From: a bacterium
GTDB lineage: Bacteria > Patescibacteriota > Patescibacteriia > UBA10025
Direction: 5' to 3'
NCBI GenBank assembly: GCA_021815445.1
Contig: JAKAGM010000001.1
Location: forward strand, 403,710-467,709
Length of the DNA: 64,000 nt
The notes beneath the pieces were generated by a model that was not told the DNA's origin, did no database searches, and saw only the letters and a list, made by a program, of their open reading frames with translations. The translations under genes and the position numbers were made by a program. Each line of letters opens with the position of its first letter. The stretch's first letter is position 1. Shown here in pieces: positions 9,452-19,485 of this stretch.

Positions 9452-12283
9452 TTATCTGTTCTTTCTGACAAACTCCATATGCTCATCAACGGGTGTTTCA
9501 ACGACTTTCTCTATGGGCGGATTTAGCGGGAGGATGAACTGGAATGTACTCCCCTTGCCTTTGCCTAAGCTTTCCACCCAGATTTTCCCTCCGTGCGCTT
9601 CGGTGAGACGGCGTGCGACATAGAGCCCGAGTCCCGATCCGTCAGGATTGATCTGCGCGATACCGTATCCGCGGACGAACTTGTTAAAAAGTCCTTTCGC
9701 CTCTTTCGGTTCGATGCCGATACCGGTGTCCTTGATGCGCACGTGAAGATTGTCCCCTTCCACTTTCGCGCTGACTGACACGGAGCCCTTGTCGGTGTAC
9801 TTGATGGCGTTATCAATCAGGTTCATCACCACGTCGGAGATTTTATCCGAGTCAAAAGGAACTTTGGGGAGCGGGCCCTTTATTTTTTCGAATACAAGCT
9901 TGAGCTTCTTGTCTTCGGCTGCTTTTTTGAGCACATCTACGCTCTTGACGATAATGTCTTCGATGCTCGCGGGAGCTTTTTTGAGCACTAGGTTGCCCGA
10001 CTCTATCTTTGACACGTCGAGGAAAATTCTGATGAGGCGGATCATGCGCTTGGATTCCTCGAGTAAACTTTGCATGATCCCGAGCTGGTCCTTTTTTACC
10101 TTGCCGAAGTCGCCGCCGACAAGCATCGACAGGTACCCCATGATGCCGGTCATCGGCGTACGGAGCTGGTGCGAAGCGATTGATACGAATTCTGATTTGG
10201 CCTGGTCAAGCTCTTTTAAGTGTTCGTTGGCCTCTGCGAGTTCCTTGTTCGATTCCTCTATTTCCCTGTACAGCTCGATGTTCTTATACACGATGCCTGT
10301 CTGGTTAGCGAGCGCTTTCATAATCTGCAAATCTGTTTCCTTGAGCTCACCCGGATCCGCGTCGAGCACATAGTCGATAGCGCCCACCATCTCGCCTTCT
10401 GACTGAATTGGAACAGCGATGACGGTCTTAACGCCGAGGGTGCGCTGAATCGCATTTGCCGCATCCGCCGGCACAGGCGGAGAAATGAACTCTGCAAGCT
10501 TCTCCCCTATTTCCACCTTGCCGGCTTTGATGGAGCGTATGGAGCGTGTATTATCTTTATCAAAGCGTCCCCAAAGTTCGGATATAGGTTTCGGGAGGAA
10601 TTTGATAATTTTGTCGGTGCGCGCGCTTTTGGTGATAGCTTCAGGGAAGAGTTTCCGCCTGTCTTTGCCCAGGAACAGCAGGATGCCTCCGATGAAACCC
10701 ATTTCAGTGGCGATAGAATCAACAATGTCCTGCGTGACGCGCTTCAGGTCAAGCGAACGTGTCATGAGCGTGGTGACTTTCTGGATGGCCGAGAGGAACC
10801 TGTTGCGCTCCTGCAGTTGGGAGTTCGTCGACTGCAAGTCGTGGGTCGCGATATCTATTTCTTTTTGCAGTTGGACATTGAACTGCTTGATCTGGTCGTA
10901 GAGCTGGGATTTCACGATGGCCGATGCGAGCTGGGGGCCGAGCAGTTCAAGCAGGTTAATGTCCTCATCCCCGAACGGGTCGCCCGAAAGCTTATGCCCG
11001 AGCACGAGCACGGCGTTGACGTCTTTCTCGACAAAGACCGGCGAGACGAGGGACGCGTCAAGCTGGTCGAGCTGTTCCTTTGAGCCCTCCAGGTCAGCCC
11101 GGGCCTGTTCGTCAGTCGTATCCTCTATCTTCCGCTCGAGCGCTTCAAGCACCACGACGCGCTTTGACGCAACGAGATACCGCATGAGCGGGCTCGTGCG
11201 CCTGATCGAGTACGCCTGGTGCACGCCCTCCCCGCGCACGACAAAGTCTCCCCGTTTCGTCGGAGCCACATAGACGACGGTCCTGCTGATTTTCAAATCT
11301 CTCGTGAGTTTGTCTTCAATGAGGGTGGTGAGCTTGTTCAGGTCAATTTCGCGGTTGATGATGTTGGAAAGGTCTGAGAGAAGTTTTTGGTAGTCAATGC
11401 GCTTTTTGTAGAAAAGGTTGTCGGTTACGTTAGCTATGAAGCGCTTCAAGGGATCAAGGATGAGGACGATAAAGATGGAGACACCAATAGCAATAAGACC
11501 TTTTGCTGCGAGCGAAACACCAAGACTCTGGGGAAGTAAAATTGCTAGACCAATAATTGAAGCTGAAAATAACAAGACCACGATCGAAAAGGCTACCGCT
11601 CTTAAAACTAGAACTCTAACATCTAACAACTGATGTCTGAATATCGCATAAATGATAAAAATCAACCAAATAATTGAGAACGCAGGACCAATTTGGATCA
11701 AGTTGTAGTTGCCTATCCAAGGTAAAATCAGATTAAACGATACACCAATGATACCCGACATAAGAGTTCCAATAAGTAAATATCGAAGCTGCAACCTAGA
11801 CGTTCCTTGCGACCTACGGAGATTACTGAAATAGTTAATAAATAAGATAACAAAATAGAAGATAAACCAGAGACTGTATAAGTGGTAAAGTGACCCCAAG
11901 TCAATGATGTTTGGATTGCCAACTATGACTCTTTTAATGAAGTACTTAGTTGGAATCAAAAAAACAAAAAGAATAAAAGGTGCAGTCGTGAGAAAGAATT
12001 TTAACTTTCCAAAAGACTTATGCCGATAGGGGAAAAGAAAAGAGAATTGCAGTAAACTTGTCGCGATAAGAGCCGCAGCTATGTAATATTCAATTCCCCA
12101 GATTTTTGCCAATTTAACACTTCCTGACATACGAAACATCGCGATCCCAAATACCCAACCAATGATTCCTAATACATAAAACAAGAAGACTCTGTTCTTT
12201 AATGAATCACTTTTTCTATAAAGCAAAATAAAAAGCAACACAAACTCGAGTATCGCCTCTATTATCAGGATATTATTAAGCAT
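9452..12283 (-). CDS. sensor histidine kinase (7TM N-terminal sensor, two GAF-like domains, HisKA, HATPase_c)
   Basis: 943 aa. About 7 N-terminal TM helices. H-box ASHQLRTPMTGIMGY. ATPase motifs IDNAIKYT, GSGLGLYVARRL, GKGSTF. The N-terminal third is markedly AT-rich compared with the kinase core. Confidence 0.85.
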   Translation of the reverse strand: MLNNILIIEAILEFVLLFILLYRKSDSLKNRVFLFYVLGIIGWVFGIAMFRMSGSVKLAKIWGIEYYIAAALIATSLLQFSFLFPYRHKSFGKLKFFLTTAPFILFVFLIPTKYFIKRVIVGNPNIIDLGSLYHLYSLWFIFYFVILFINYFSNLRRSQGTSRLQLRYLLIGTLMSGIIGVSFNLILPWIGNYNLIQIGPAFSIIWLIFIIYAIFRHQLLDVRVLVLRAVAFSIVVLLFSASIIGLAILLPQSLGVSLAAKGLIAIGVSIFIVLILDPLKRFIANVTDNLFYKKRIDYQKLLSDLSNIINREIDLNKLTTLIEDKLTRDLKISRTVVYVAPTKRGDFVVRGEGVHQAYSIRRTSPLMRYLVASKRVVVLEALERKIEDTTDEQARADLEGSKEQLDQLDASLVSPVFVEKDVNAVLVLGHKLSGDPFGDEDINLLELLGPQLASAIVKSQLYDQIKQFNVQLQKEIDIATHDLQSTNSQLQERNRFLSAIQKVTTLMTRSLDLKRVTQDIVDSIATEMGFIGGILLFLGKDRRKLFPEAITKSARTDKIIKFLPKPISELWGRFDKDNTRSIRSIKAGKVEIGEKLAEFISPPVPADAANAIQRTLGVKTVIAVPIQSEGEMVGAIDYVLDADPGELKETDLQIMKALANQTGIVYKNIELYREIEESNKELAEANEHLKELDQAKSEFVSIASHQLRTPMTGIMGYLSMLVGGDFGKVKKDQLGIMQSLLEESKRMIRLIRIFLDVSKIESGNLVLKKAPASIEDIIVKSVDVLKKAAEDKKLKLVFEKIKGPLPKVPFDSDKISDVVMNLIDNAIKYTDKGSVSVSAKVEGDNLHVRIKDTGIGIEPKEAKGLFNKFVRGYGIAQINPDGSGLGLYVARRLTEAHGGKIWVESLGKGKGSTFQFILPLNPPIEKVVETPVDEHMEFVRKNR

Positions 12284-12290
12284 TTTGACT

Positions 12291-13181
12291 TTACTTTTTT
12301 CTTAATATACCTAATCCATGAATCATTAAGGGCTCATAGATGATCTCGAAATCATCGGCAAAATTGGTCTCATGAAGAATATCAAAAAATTCGACCGGAC
12401 TTCGGTGGACCATTCTCCACTTTACTGTTTTAGAGATAAACTTTTCCTCAAAGTTTTTGTTAATGTTTGAGGTTATTATAGTTGATCCGCTATTTAATAT
12501 CCCATAGAGTTTATTAAATACTCTAACTATCTTTTCATCATCGAAATAATCAACGATGCCGACCATTTCTATAATATCGGGAGCCTTTTTAGAAACTAGA
12601 TCATAAGAATCTTCTATATTTAATAGATGTTGATTAACATTGTCCCCAACGCCATACTTTCTTGCTAGTTCTCTGCTGTAATTAATTGCATTAATATCTC
12701 TGTCTACCAATGAAGCTTGAATATTGATCAAAGATAGATCAATCTCAGAAATTACTTCAACTACCCCCCTAGCAGATCCCGATCCTAAACTAACTATACT
12801 TATATTTTTTTTACTCTTTGATCGCTGGTTAATTTCATTCATCAAAATTTTTTTGAAAAGTCTCAACCTATTACGCAGAGCTCTTGGATTTCTTTGGTTT
12901 AACCAAATAAAATCGAAAAGGCTCACCCAATCCGGTTTTAACTGCTTACCAGTAAAATTATACATCTCCTCGAGTGCCCTGTATTGTGTTGAAAAGGTTT
13001 TGATAACTTCTGCTTTCTTGCTTTGTATCAATAATTTATGACCCCATTTATAGGGAAAAATAGTTGCAACCACCATCCAAAAAAAATTAAATGCCCTTAG
13101 AAAAAATGATATTTTCTCATATTCTTGACTTACATCCATGCTGACAGGCTTTCCATTAATCTTGTTTTTTGTGGTAATCAT
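12291..13181 (-). CDS. putative SAM-dependent methyltransferase with N-terminal TM segment
   Basis: 296 aa. Motif I-like VSLGSGSARG, acidic LVDRD, motif III-like APDIIEMVGIVDYF. 8 bp upstream of the histidine kinase gene. Confidence 0.45.
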   Translation of the reverse strand: MITTKNKINGKPVSMDVSQEYEKISFFLRAFNFFWMVVATIFPYKWGHKLLIQSKKAEVIKTFSTQYRALEEMYNFTGKQLKPDWVSLFDFIWLNQRNPRALRNRLRLFKKILMNEINQRSKSKKNISIVSLGSGSARGVVEVISEIDLSLINIQASLVDRDINAINYSRELARKYGVGDNVNQHLLNIEDSYDLVSKKAPDIIEMVGIVDYFDDEKIVRVFNKLYGILNSGSTIITSNINKNFEEKFISKTVKWRMVHRSPVEFFDILHETNFADDFEIIYEPLMIHGLGILRKK

Positions 13182-13360
13182 TTTTTTATTTGAATTAAAT
13201 CTCTTGACTCACCATACCACAAAACTCAGCTTTTTTCAAGTTCTTATAATAATTTCTAAGAATGCCAGACAAAAAATAGATAACTATGTAAAAAACCCCG
13301 CTCTCACGGCGCTTATATAAACAGCGTAACCTTTCTTTCCCCCAGTATCAACTCAACACA

Positions 13361-14038
13361 TCATTTAGTAACCACTTCAAGCGAATTAAGCACCTGCGTA
13401 AACGCTTGTTCGAATCCTTCATTTAAAACACAAGGCTTTTTAATAACAAGATTCCATTCAGGCGATGAACTTCTGGGAGACAAATAGTATATTTCTCCGC
13501 CATTGTCGCCCTTGTTGGGTATCTCACCTTTTGGAAGTATTCCAGTCCTTTTATAACCATGAAAAATCGTAAGGTTTACCTGCATAAATGTTTGATCTTG
13601 CATTTGTTTTTGACTTTCAATAAATGATGGCGTAATGAGATTTTTCTCAGTAATAAAAAAGTTAACCTGTCCACAGGTGAGATCAGTGAAAGTAATTGGA
13701 CTGTCGGTGGTTGAAATCGAGACCACCGCGGACTCTTTGGCTGAGTAATTTCCTAAATCATTAACAAGTGCTGGATCTCCATTATAAAATGTATTCCAAT
13801 CTTGCGGTACAGAGAAAGTAATCTTTTGGTGGGTGCTGAGGGGAATTGTTACAATCTTGGGTGTTATCTGCTCGACCTGAGTTTGAGAATTGCGAGAGTA
13901 TATTGATTTCAGCTGCCAGACTGAAAAACCGACAACTAGCAACACAGCTAAGATAATAATTACTTGAAAGTATTTTTTTGGCATAGGATTGAGTATAGCA
14001 TTAATAAATTGGAGGGAGGTGCATTGGAAACAATGCAC
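13361..14038 (-). CDS. hypothetical membrane-anchored protein
   Basis: 225-aa track ORF with a GTG start at 14038; an internal ATG at 13984 (MPKKYFQVIIILAVLLVVGF, TM helix) is an alternative start. AT-rich. Confidence 0.45.
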   Translation of the reverse strand: MHCFQCTSLQFINAILNPMPKKYFQVIIILAVLLVVGFSVWQLKSIYSRNSQTQVEQITPKIVTIPLSTHQKITFSVPQDWNTFYNGDPALVNDLGNYSAKESAVVSISTTDSPITFTDLTCGQVNFFITEKNLITPSFIESQKQMQDQTFMQVNLTIFHGYKRTGILPKGEIPNKGDNGGEIYYLSPRSSSPEWNLVIKKPCVLNEGFEQAFTQVLNSLEVVTK

Positions 14039-14099
14039 CTCCCTCCCTTCATGAAAAAGAGAGACTCACGTATCTCTTTACCCTAGCGAGGCAGATCTG

Positions 14100-14762
14100 T
14101 CAGTTCATGGCCTGATATACGCTGTACTTGGTTCCCACATACCTGCGAAACCAGTCGAACGAGACAAAGTGCACGAAGACATAGTCAGGAAAGTCCTCCG
14201 TGAACCAGTTGGAGTCGACCCAGTACATTCCCGCAACACCGTTATAAATTACATAACGATAGAAAATTGTGGTATGCGGACCATTGTACTTGCTGGTTGC
14301 TAGATGCATCTGAATGATGTTGCCGACCCCGAGGCCGCTCTCGATCGTGCCGCCGCCGATAACATTGCCGTCAACGATTTTTATCACGTGTCCACTGTTG
14401 AGATAGAAATCGGTTGAGCTCGTCGCGGGCAGAGCAAAGCCCGTGGCATCCTTGACAACCGCGCTCGCCCACGGTTTGCACTGTACGTAGACATTCTGAC
14501 CAATGTCCTGGTGCGCACGGTTCCAGATCGCCTGGTTAATATACCACCACCAGGCATTATCCGCAGCAAGTGGAGATCGAACAGGAACTTTAAGCACGGT
14601 ATCAGTCGGTGCGATCATTGATAGATCGTACGCCGAGCATTCAGATGCCACATTTCCAGCAGATTCAGTGCTGTTTGTAACTCTTTCACCACATCCAACC
14701 ATCGCAATCACCAGCACAAGCATAAGGCCGGCCATCGCCCAATACAACGCTTTCGGTTTCAT
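14100..14762 (-). CDS. lipoprotein with a CHAP-like Cys/His pair (possible peptidoglycan hydrolase)
   Basis: Lipobox LVIAMVGC. NVYVQCKPWASAVV (Cys) followed about 40 aa later by NSGHVIKIV (His), resembling CHAP-domain catalytic residues. This is a recalled pattern only. Confidence 0.45.
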   Translation of the reverse strand: MKPKALYWAMAGLMLVLVIAMVGCGERVTNSTESAGNVASECSAYDLSMIAPTDTVLKVPVRSPLAADNAWWWYINQAIWNRAHQDIGQNVYVQCKPWASAVVKDATGFALPATSSTDFYLNSGHVIKIVDGNVIGGGTIESGLGVGNIIQMHLATSKYNGPHTTIFYRYVIYNGVAGMYWVDSNWFTEDFPDYVFVHFVSFDWFRRYVGTKYSVYQAMN

Positions 14763-15193
14763 GGTGTGAAACCTTCCTTTCCATCTTTTTCTGTACGTCA
14801 GTGGGCGCTCAATTTGTCGAAGAGCAACTGATATAAGGAGAGACCCACGTTTTCTCCCTACTCAGCTTTTTTGGCACGTTCCTCACCTCACTTCCTTTTT
14901 TGAATGAACGGTTTTTGGGTTTACCTGTCCTGTTTTGACTCAATGGAATGTCAGCTTTTGCACAATTTCACTGTTTGATCACCACTTTCTTAGACGGCTG
15001 TCAGATGCGACGGCGCAAGACTGTTCCCTGTCTCCATCTCCCTCGTTCTCATTATTCTTGTGAACGAACCGCCGTCGGTTTTGAAAAGAAATCTGCAATT
15101 CTCCTACTATCATTATACCATTTTGACAAATTTTCTTTAACCTAAAACGGGAGTACGAAAGAGCACTCCTGGCGCGAGCTCATTTTGCCCCAC

Positions 15194-16594
15194 TTAATCT
15201 TCGGCTACACCCTTAACAGCTCGCGCAATCGCCATCCGATACATTTCCGCTTGGACGAGCGCGCTGTTGGCGTGTACGTAGAGCTTTTTCAGATAGGCAA
15301 TCTGTTCGGCAAAGAGTATTGCACGGGAAGACTTGTTCACCAGCACACCGATAGCGGTAAGCGTATCCTCGTGCCCGAAAGGTAAAAGTGCGCGGATGTG
15401 GTTTTCCCTCAGGAAGTTTTGCGCGGACTTAAGTAACCGCGCTTCTTCATTAGAGAATCTCTCCAATCGGTAAGGCAACTCATCGACAACAAGTATCTCC
15501 TGCCGCATTCTCAGAAATTGAGCAAGTTCCCCATGAGCTGCAATGTTCACTCCGCCTTTATTATCCCGGAAATCTTGATCCGGGCTGCTTCTCTGAAGAA
15601 TGTACCCGTCATACTCAGGCAGTACTCGCGCGAGCTCTGAGCGGATTTTCTCCACAAGGTCATTGAAATGCACTGATGATTGGGCGACTAACTGCAGTCT
15701 TTGCAAAGAATCAGACTGTTCCTTTTCGCGGCTGACAAAAATCCGATCTACGAAGGAGTAGATCAGCCTGCGAAGGGGCTCCGCGGTAAAACCGACAATC
15801 AAAATAGCGATAAAGATTTTGACTCCCTCGGTAAGAATGGCGTACTGGGTCAACTGTTGTAAGACAACAATAAGATATGCATAAGTGATAAAGAGAATAG
15901 CGAAGGAGAAAAACTGGACAATCCCCTTGCGTATTACAAACTGGATATTAAAAAAACGGTAACGGGTGATCGCATACGATATAAATGAAGCAAAAACAAG
16001 TGCCGTGAGACTGTCAAATCTTGCCAGCCACAATACATGGTGGAGAGGTGAAGCAAAATCAATGATAATAATAATAAATATTGGGGCGGCAAAGCCAAGT
16101 AATACGTAATTTAACTGCATTCGCTCGAGTCCCGAGGCCTGGTGTCGCATCTGCACTAAATGACTAACCGCCCAAATCAAGATGCATGAGCTTGGAATAG
16201 CATAAAGAAGAAAGTATTTTCCATCCGCGATTTCAAAACCGCGAGGCGTGGTGAGCACTTGCATTGCAATCACCAGATTAGGAATAAGCGCAAGAAAAAA
16301 TAAAACTACAGAGTATATAATAATCGCAAATTTTACCACGGGTTTAAGTATCAGTTTGGCATATGCCGCAGCCCAAAAGAATATTCCGCCGATAAGCAAC
16401 GCGCCGACCGAATACGTTAGATTCACATATGGATACCGAGGGAATTGATAGTATATATAATTAACAAAAACCCAAAACGCTATAAGGAATACCAGATAAG
16501 CAAACTTTTTTTGGATATCATTTCTTGCCTTTCTGAGCACGACAGCTCCTAGGACAAGATTGAATACTCCGGCAATCAAAATAAGGATATTCAT
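15194..16594 (-). CDS. kinase-less 7TM + GAF-like sensor-module protein (paralogue 3)
   Basis: 466 aa, about 7 TM helices plus a cytoplasmic GAF-like domain. Shares RYRFFNIQFVIRKG...AEPLRRLIYSFVDRIFVSREKE motifs with the two neighbours and with the N-terminus of histidine kinase 9452..12283. No H-box or ATPase motifs. About 36% GC. Confidence 0.6.
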   Translation of the reverse strand: MNILILIAGVFNLVLGAVVLRKARNDIQKKFAYLVFLIAFWVFVNYIYYQFPRYPYVNLTYSVGALLIGGIFFWAAAYAKLILKPVVKFAIIIYSVVLFFLALIPNLVIAMQVLTTPRGFEIADGKYFLLYAIPSSCILIWAVSHLVQMRHQASGLERMQLNYVLLGFAAPIFIIIIIDFASPLHHVLWLARFDSLTALVFASFISYAITRYRFFNIQFVIRKGIVQFFSFAILFITYAYLIVVLQQLTQYAILTEGVKIFIAILIVGFTAEPLRRLIYSFVDRIFVSREKEQSDSLQRLQLVAQSSVHFNDLVEKIRSELARVLPEYDGYILQRSSPDQDFRDNKGGVNIAAHGELAQFLRMRQEILVVDELPYRLERFSNEEARLLKSAQNFLRENHIRALLPFGHEDTLTAIGVLVNKSSRAILFAEQIAYLKKLYVHANSALVQAEMYRMAIARAVKGVAED

Positions 16595-16599
16595 AATAG

Positions 16600-18042
16600 T
16601 TATTTCATAATCCTCTCAATCGCCATCCGATACATTTCTGCCTGCGTGAATGCGTTGTTCGAAATTGCATGAAGCTTCTTGATAAACGCGATCTGTTCAC
16701 TGTAGAGCACACTTCTTGGAGATTTTCCTATAAGCAGGAAAATAATGGAGACCCGGCCTTCTTGGTCCAAAGGTAACACCGCCTTAATTTTATGCTGGGC
16801 TAGAAACGATTGGGATTCGCGCAAAGCCCGAACTTCGTCCTCGTCGTACCTATCGAGTTTATAAGGAATCTCGTCGGTCACCAAGAGTTCAGTGTGCTGT
16901 TTTAAGAAAGTTATCAATACATGATCAGATGGAATTTTCACATTCATTTTTCCTTTGGCGGTAAATTCATTGTTTTCTCTTTTTAATACCGCAACATCAA
17001 AATCGTTAAACACATGCGAAAGCTCGCTTCGGGTTTTCTCAATAATCTCATCCACGTGCGACGCCGAGCGAGCCAATAACTGCATCCGACTCAGCGCTTC
17101 ATCCTGCTCCCGCTCCTTGCCGGCGAAGATTCGATCAATCCATCGATAAATAAATCTCCGTAGAGGTTCGGCGGTCACGCCAACCACCAGCACGGCAATA
17201 ATAAGAAGCGTTTCACTTGAAATATCAAGAGAACCCCTGACATTGCGTTGAAAGAAAAGTATGAGATAGATATAGACGCTGAAAAGCAGGGCAAAAGTTA
17301 CAAACTGGACAAACCCTTTTCGTATCGCAATACGAATATCCATGAGACGATAGCGAACGATACCATAACTCATTAATATAGCCATAATGACCGTGGCTAG
17401 GGGCCCATAGGGGGAAACAACAGCATAGTGTGATTCAATCCCCTTAGTTACAAAAGCGGGGTACAATAAATTTGCGTAAAGCCCGGCAGCGGCAGCGACA
17501 CTGAATCCAGCAAATACCCAAACTACTTTCAAACGCTCAATTCCACTCGATTTCAGCATTCGAACAAAGAGGATAGCTAAACCAACTAGAATAAATAATA
17601 GAATATATGCTGCATATGGATAATATAATCTCCCATATATATTATCGTTTATTTGCTGCCGAGGAAGTATAATAAGTTTGGATGAAATTAAGCTTGTGTA
17701 GCTTACTATGAAAAAGAACCCGGAAACCAATAACAACGAATACTTAGTAAAAGGATGGATAGTGATCTTTTTTGGAAAGTAAAAACTGAAGAATAGGAAG
17801 GAAGATGCAATGATCGCCGCAAATGCAAAAGTAAAATACGTCCAAATAAGCGCCGGGTAATAATCTTTTAAGTTTCCCGAGAACCAATTAGATAATACCC
17901 ACCCTGAGATAGAAAAACACAGTATAAAAAATAACTGATTTACTCGCTCTCTGGGACGATGTAATAATACAACCAGACCCAGTATAAAATTGGAAATTGC
18001 AACAAGTAATGTAATAACGAAAAAAGTGTCCATATTAAGCAA
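16600..18042 (-). CDS. kinase-less 7TM + GAF-like sensor-module protein (paralogue 2)
   Basis: 480 aa with the same architecture (RYRLMDIRIAIRKGFVQF...AEPLRRFIYRWIDRIFAGKEREQDEALSRMQLL). 5-bp gap to paralogue 3. Confidence 0.6.
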   Translation of the reverse strand: MLNMDTFFVITLLVAISNFILGLVVLLHRPRERVNQLFFILCFSISGWVLSNWFSGNLKDYYPALIWTYFTFAFAAIIASSFLFFSFYFPKKITIHPFTKYSLLLVSGFFFIVSYTSLISSKLIILPRQQINDNIYGRLYYPYAAYILLFILVGLAILFVRMLKSSGIERLKVVWVFAGFSVAAAAGLYANLLYPAFVTKGIESHYAVVSPYGPLATVIMAILMSYGIVRYRLMDIRIAIRKGFVQFVTFALLFSVYIYLILFFQRNVRGSLDISSETLLIIAVLVVGVTAEPLRRFIYRWIDRIFAGKEREQDEALSRMQLLARSASHVDEIIEKTRSELSHVFNDFDVAVLKRENNEFTAKGKMNVKIPSDHVLITFLKQHTELLVTDEIPYKLDRYDEDEVRALRESQSFLAQHKIKAVLPLDQEGRVSIIFLLIGKSPRSVLYSEQIAFIKKLHAISNNAFTQAEMYRMAIERIMK

Positions 18043-18054
18043 TGTATTATCCAG

Positions 18055-19452
18055 TTATTTCGTAATCCTCTCAATCGCCTGCTTATAGGCTAAAGCGCTG
18101 GTGAAAGAAAGTGTGGCCTGCTGACCAAAGTTTTTTAGAAACTTGATTGAATCTGCGGTAAAAGTCGGAGAGCTTTTTGTATCCGGGAAAACATAGGCCC
18201 CGAGAAATTCATCACCTGATCCAAGTGGCATTGCTAGGGCAATTCCTTTTGCCTTGAGACTTTCTAGAATGGTACCCAACCCTTCTTCGCCTTCTTCTAT
18301 TCGATAAGGTAATTCCTCTGTGATAAGGATTGTTCCTTTTGATAATTCATGACTGAGTGCGTCGTTAGAGGGAATAGTGAGATCGCCTTTCGGGTAACTT
18401 GTAAGTTGATTCTTCTGTGGGTCAAAAAGAAGAAAGGAGGTCGAACATCCAAGCACTTTATTGAGCTCTGCTGAAACTTTCTCGACAAGCGACCGGAACT
18501 GCATTGTAGAACGTGAAATCAGCTCGAGGCGCTGGAGAGCTTCTTTATCCGCACGTTCTTTGCTCGCAAATAGTTTATCGATAAACCTATAAATAAAGCG
18601 CCGTAATGGCTCGATGGTAATAACAATCAAAAGGACGGCGATGAGAACCGTGTTGCCCTCCGAGAAATCCAGCGAATCCTTCGCTGCTTTCTGTAAAAAG
18701 AGAATGATGTAAGTATAAATGCCGAAAAGGGTGCCGAAAGTGAGAAACTGGACAAGTCCTTTACGAATAATTATTCTGATGTCGAGGAAACGGTAACGTA
18801 GTATTGCGTAAAAGCTACATAGTGCAAATGTTAACGTTGATATGTTCGCAATCCCAAAGTAATAAGTTTCATGCCGATTGTAAGCAAAGAAGACGCTCGC
18901 ACTCAACCCTACCACAACAGAGAAAGTGTAACTAAATAGAACATATTTGAGCTGCAGCTTTTGGATACCTTTTAATATTCTGTATTTTAGCAACAGAGCA
19001 CCTAATGAGATTGGAATAAAATAAATGGTTAATATCCCAAGATAAATGAAATATTGAGAATAATTGTATATTAGGTTGTCCCCATCATAAAAAAATATTT
19101 TTCCAAAAAAAGTTAATGCAACGACAAAAAGAATAGGAAAAAGGAGAAGTAGCTCTTTCGTCAGAGTAAGCTTTTTACTTTCACGAGGGAAATGTAAGGA
19201 AAAAATAGCAACAAAATACGAAATCATTGCAGCAGCGGCGAAGTCCATTTTTGAAAAAATGAGATTCAGATTTGGACTTTGCCGTAACGAAGAAGTTTCG
19301 AGTGCCCCAGATATTACCCAAATGGTCCCAAAAATGAGAAAACCAACAAACCGGCGATAGGTTTTATGTTTTTTCCTACTCCTCAAGGTCACAAAAGTCA
19401 GTAACAAATAGGCAGCTGCTGTTAGAACTATCAAGAAAAAGATGATATCCAT
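18055..19452 (-). CDS. kinase-less 7TM + GAF-like sensor-module protein (paralogue 1)
   Basis: 465 aa with the same architecture (RYRFLDIRIIIRKGLVQF...IEPLRRFIYRFIDKLFASKERADKEALQRLEL). 12-bp gap to paralogue 2. Confidence 0.6.
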   Translation of the reverse strand: MDIIFFLIVLTAAAYLLLTFVTLRSRKKHKTYRRFVGFLIFGTIWVISGALETSSLRQSPNLNLIFSKMDFAAAAMISYFVAIFSLHFPRESKKLTLTKELLLLFPILFVVALTFFGKIFFYDGDNLIYNYSQYFIYLGILTIYFIPISLGALLLKYRILKGIQKLQLKYVLFSYTFSVVVGLSASVFFAYNRHETYYFGIANISTLTFALCSFYAILRYRFLDIRIIIRKGLVQFLTFGTLFGIYTYIILFLQKAAKDSLDFSEGNTVLIAVLLIVITIEPLRRFIYRFIDKLFASKERADKEALQRLELISRSTMQFRSLVEKVSAELNKVLGCSTSFLLFDPQKNQLTSYPKGDLTIPSNDALSHELSKGTILITEELPYRIEEGEEGLGTILESLKAKGIALAMPLGSGDEFLGAYVFPDTKSSPTFTADSIKFLKNFGQQATLSFTSALAYKQAIERITK

Positions 19453-19485
19453 ATTGTTTGTTTCAACAATTAAAGATGAGTTTAG

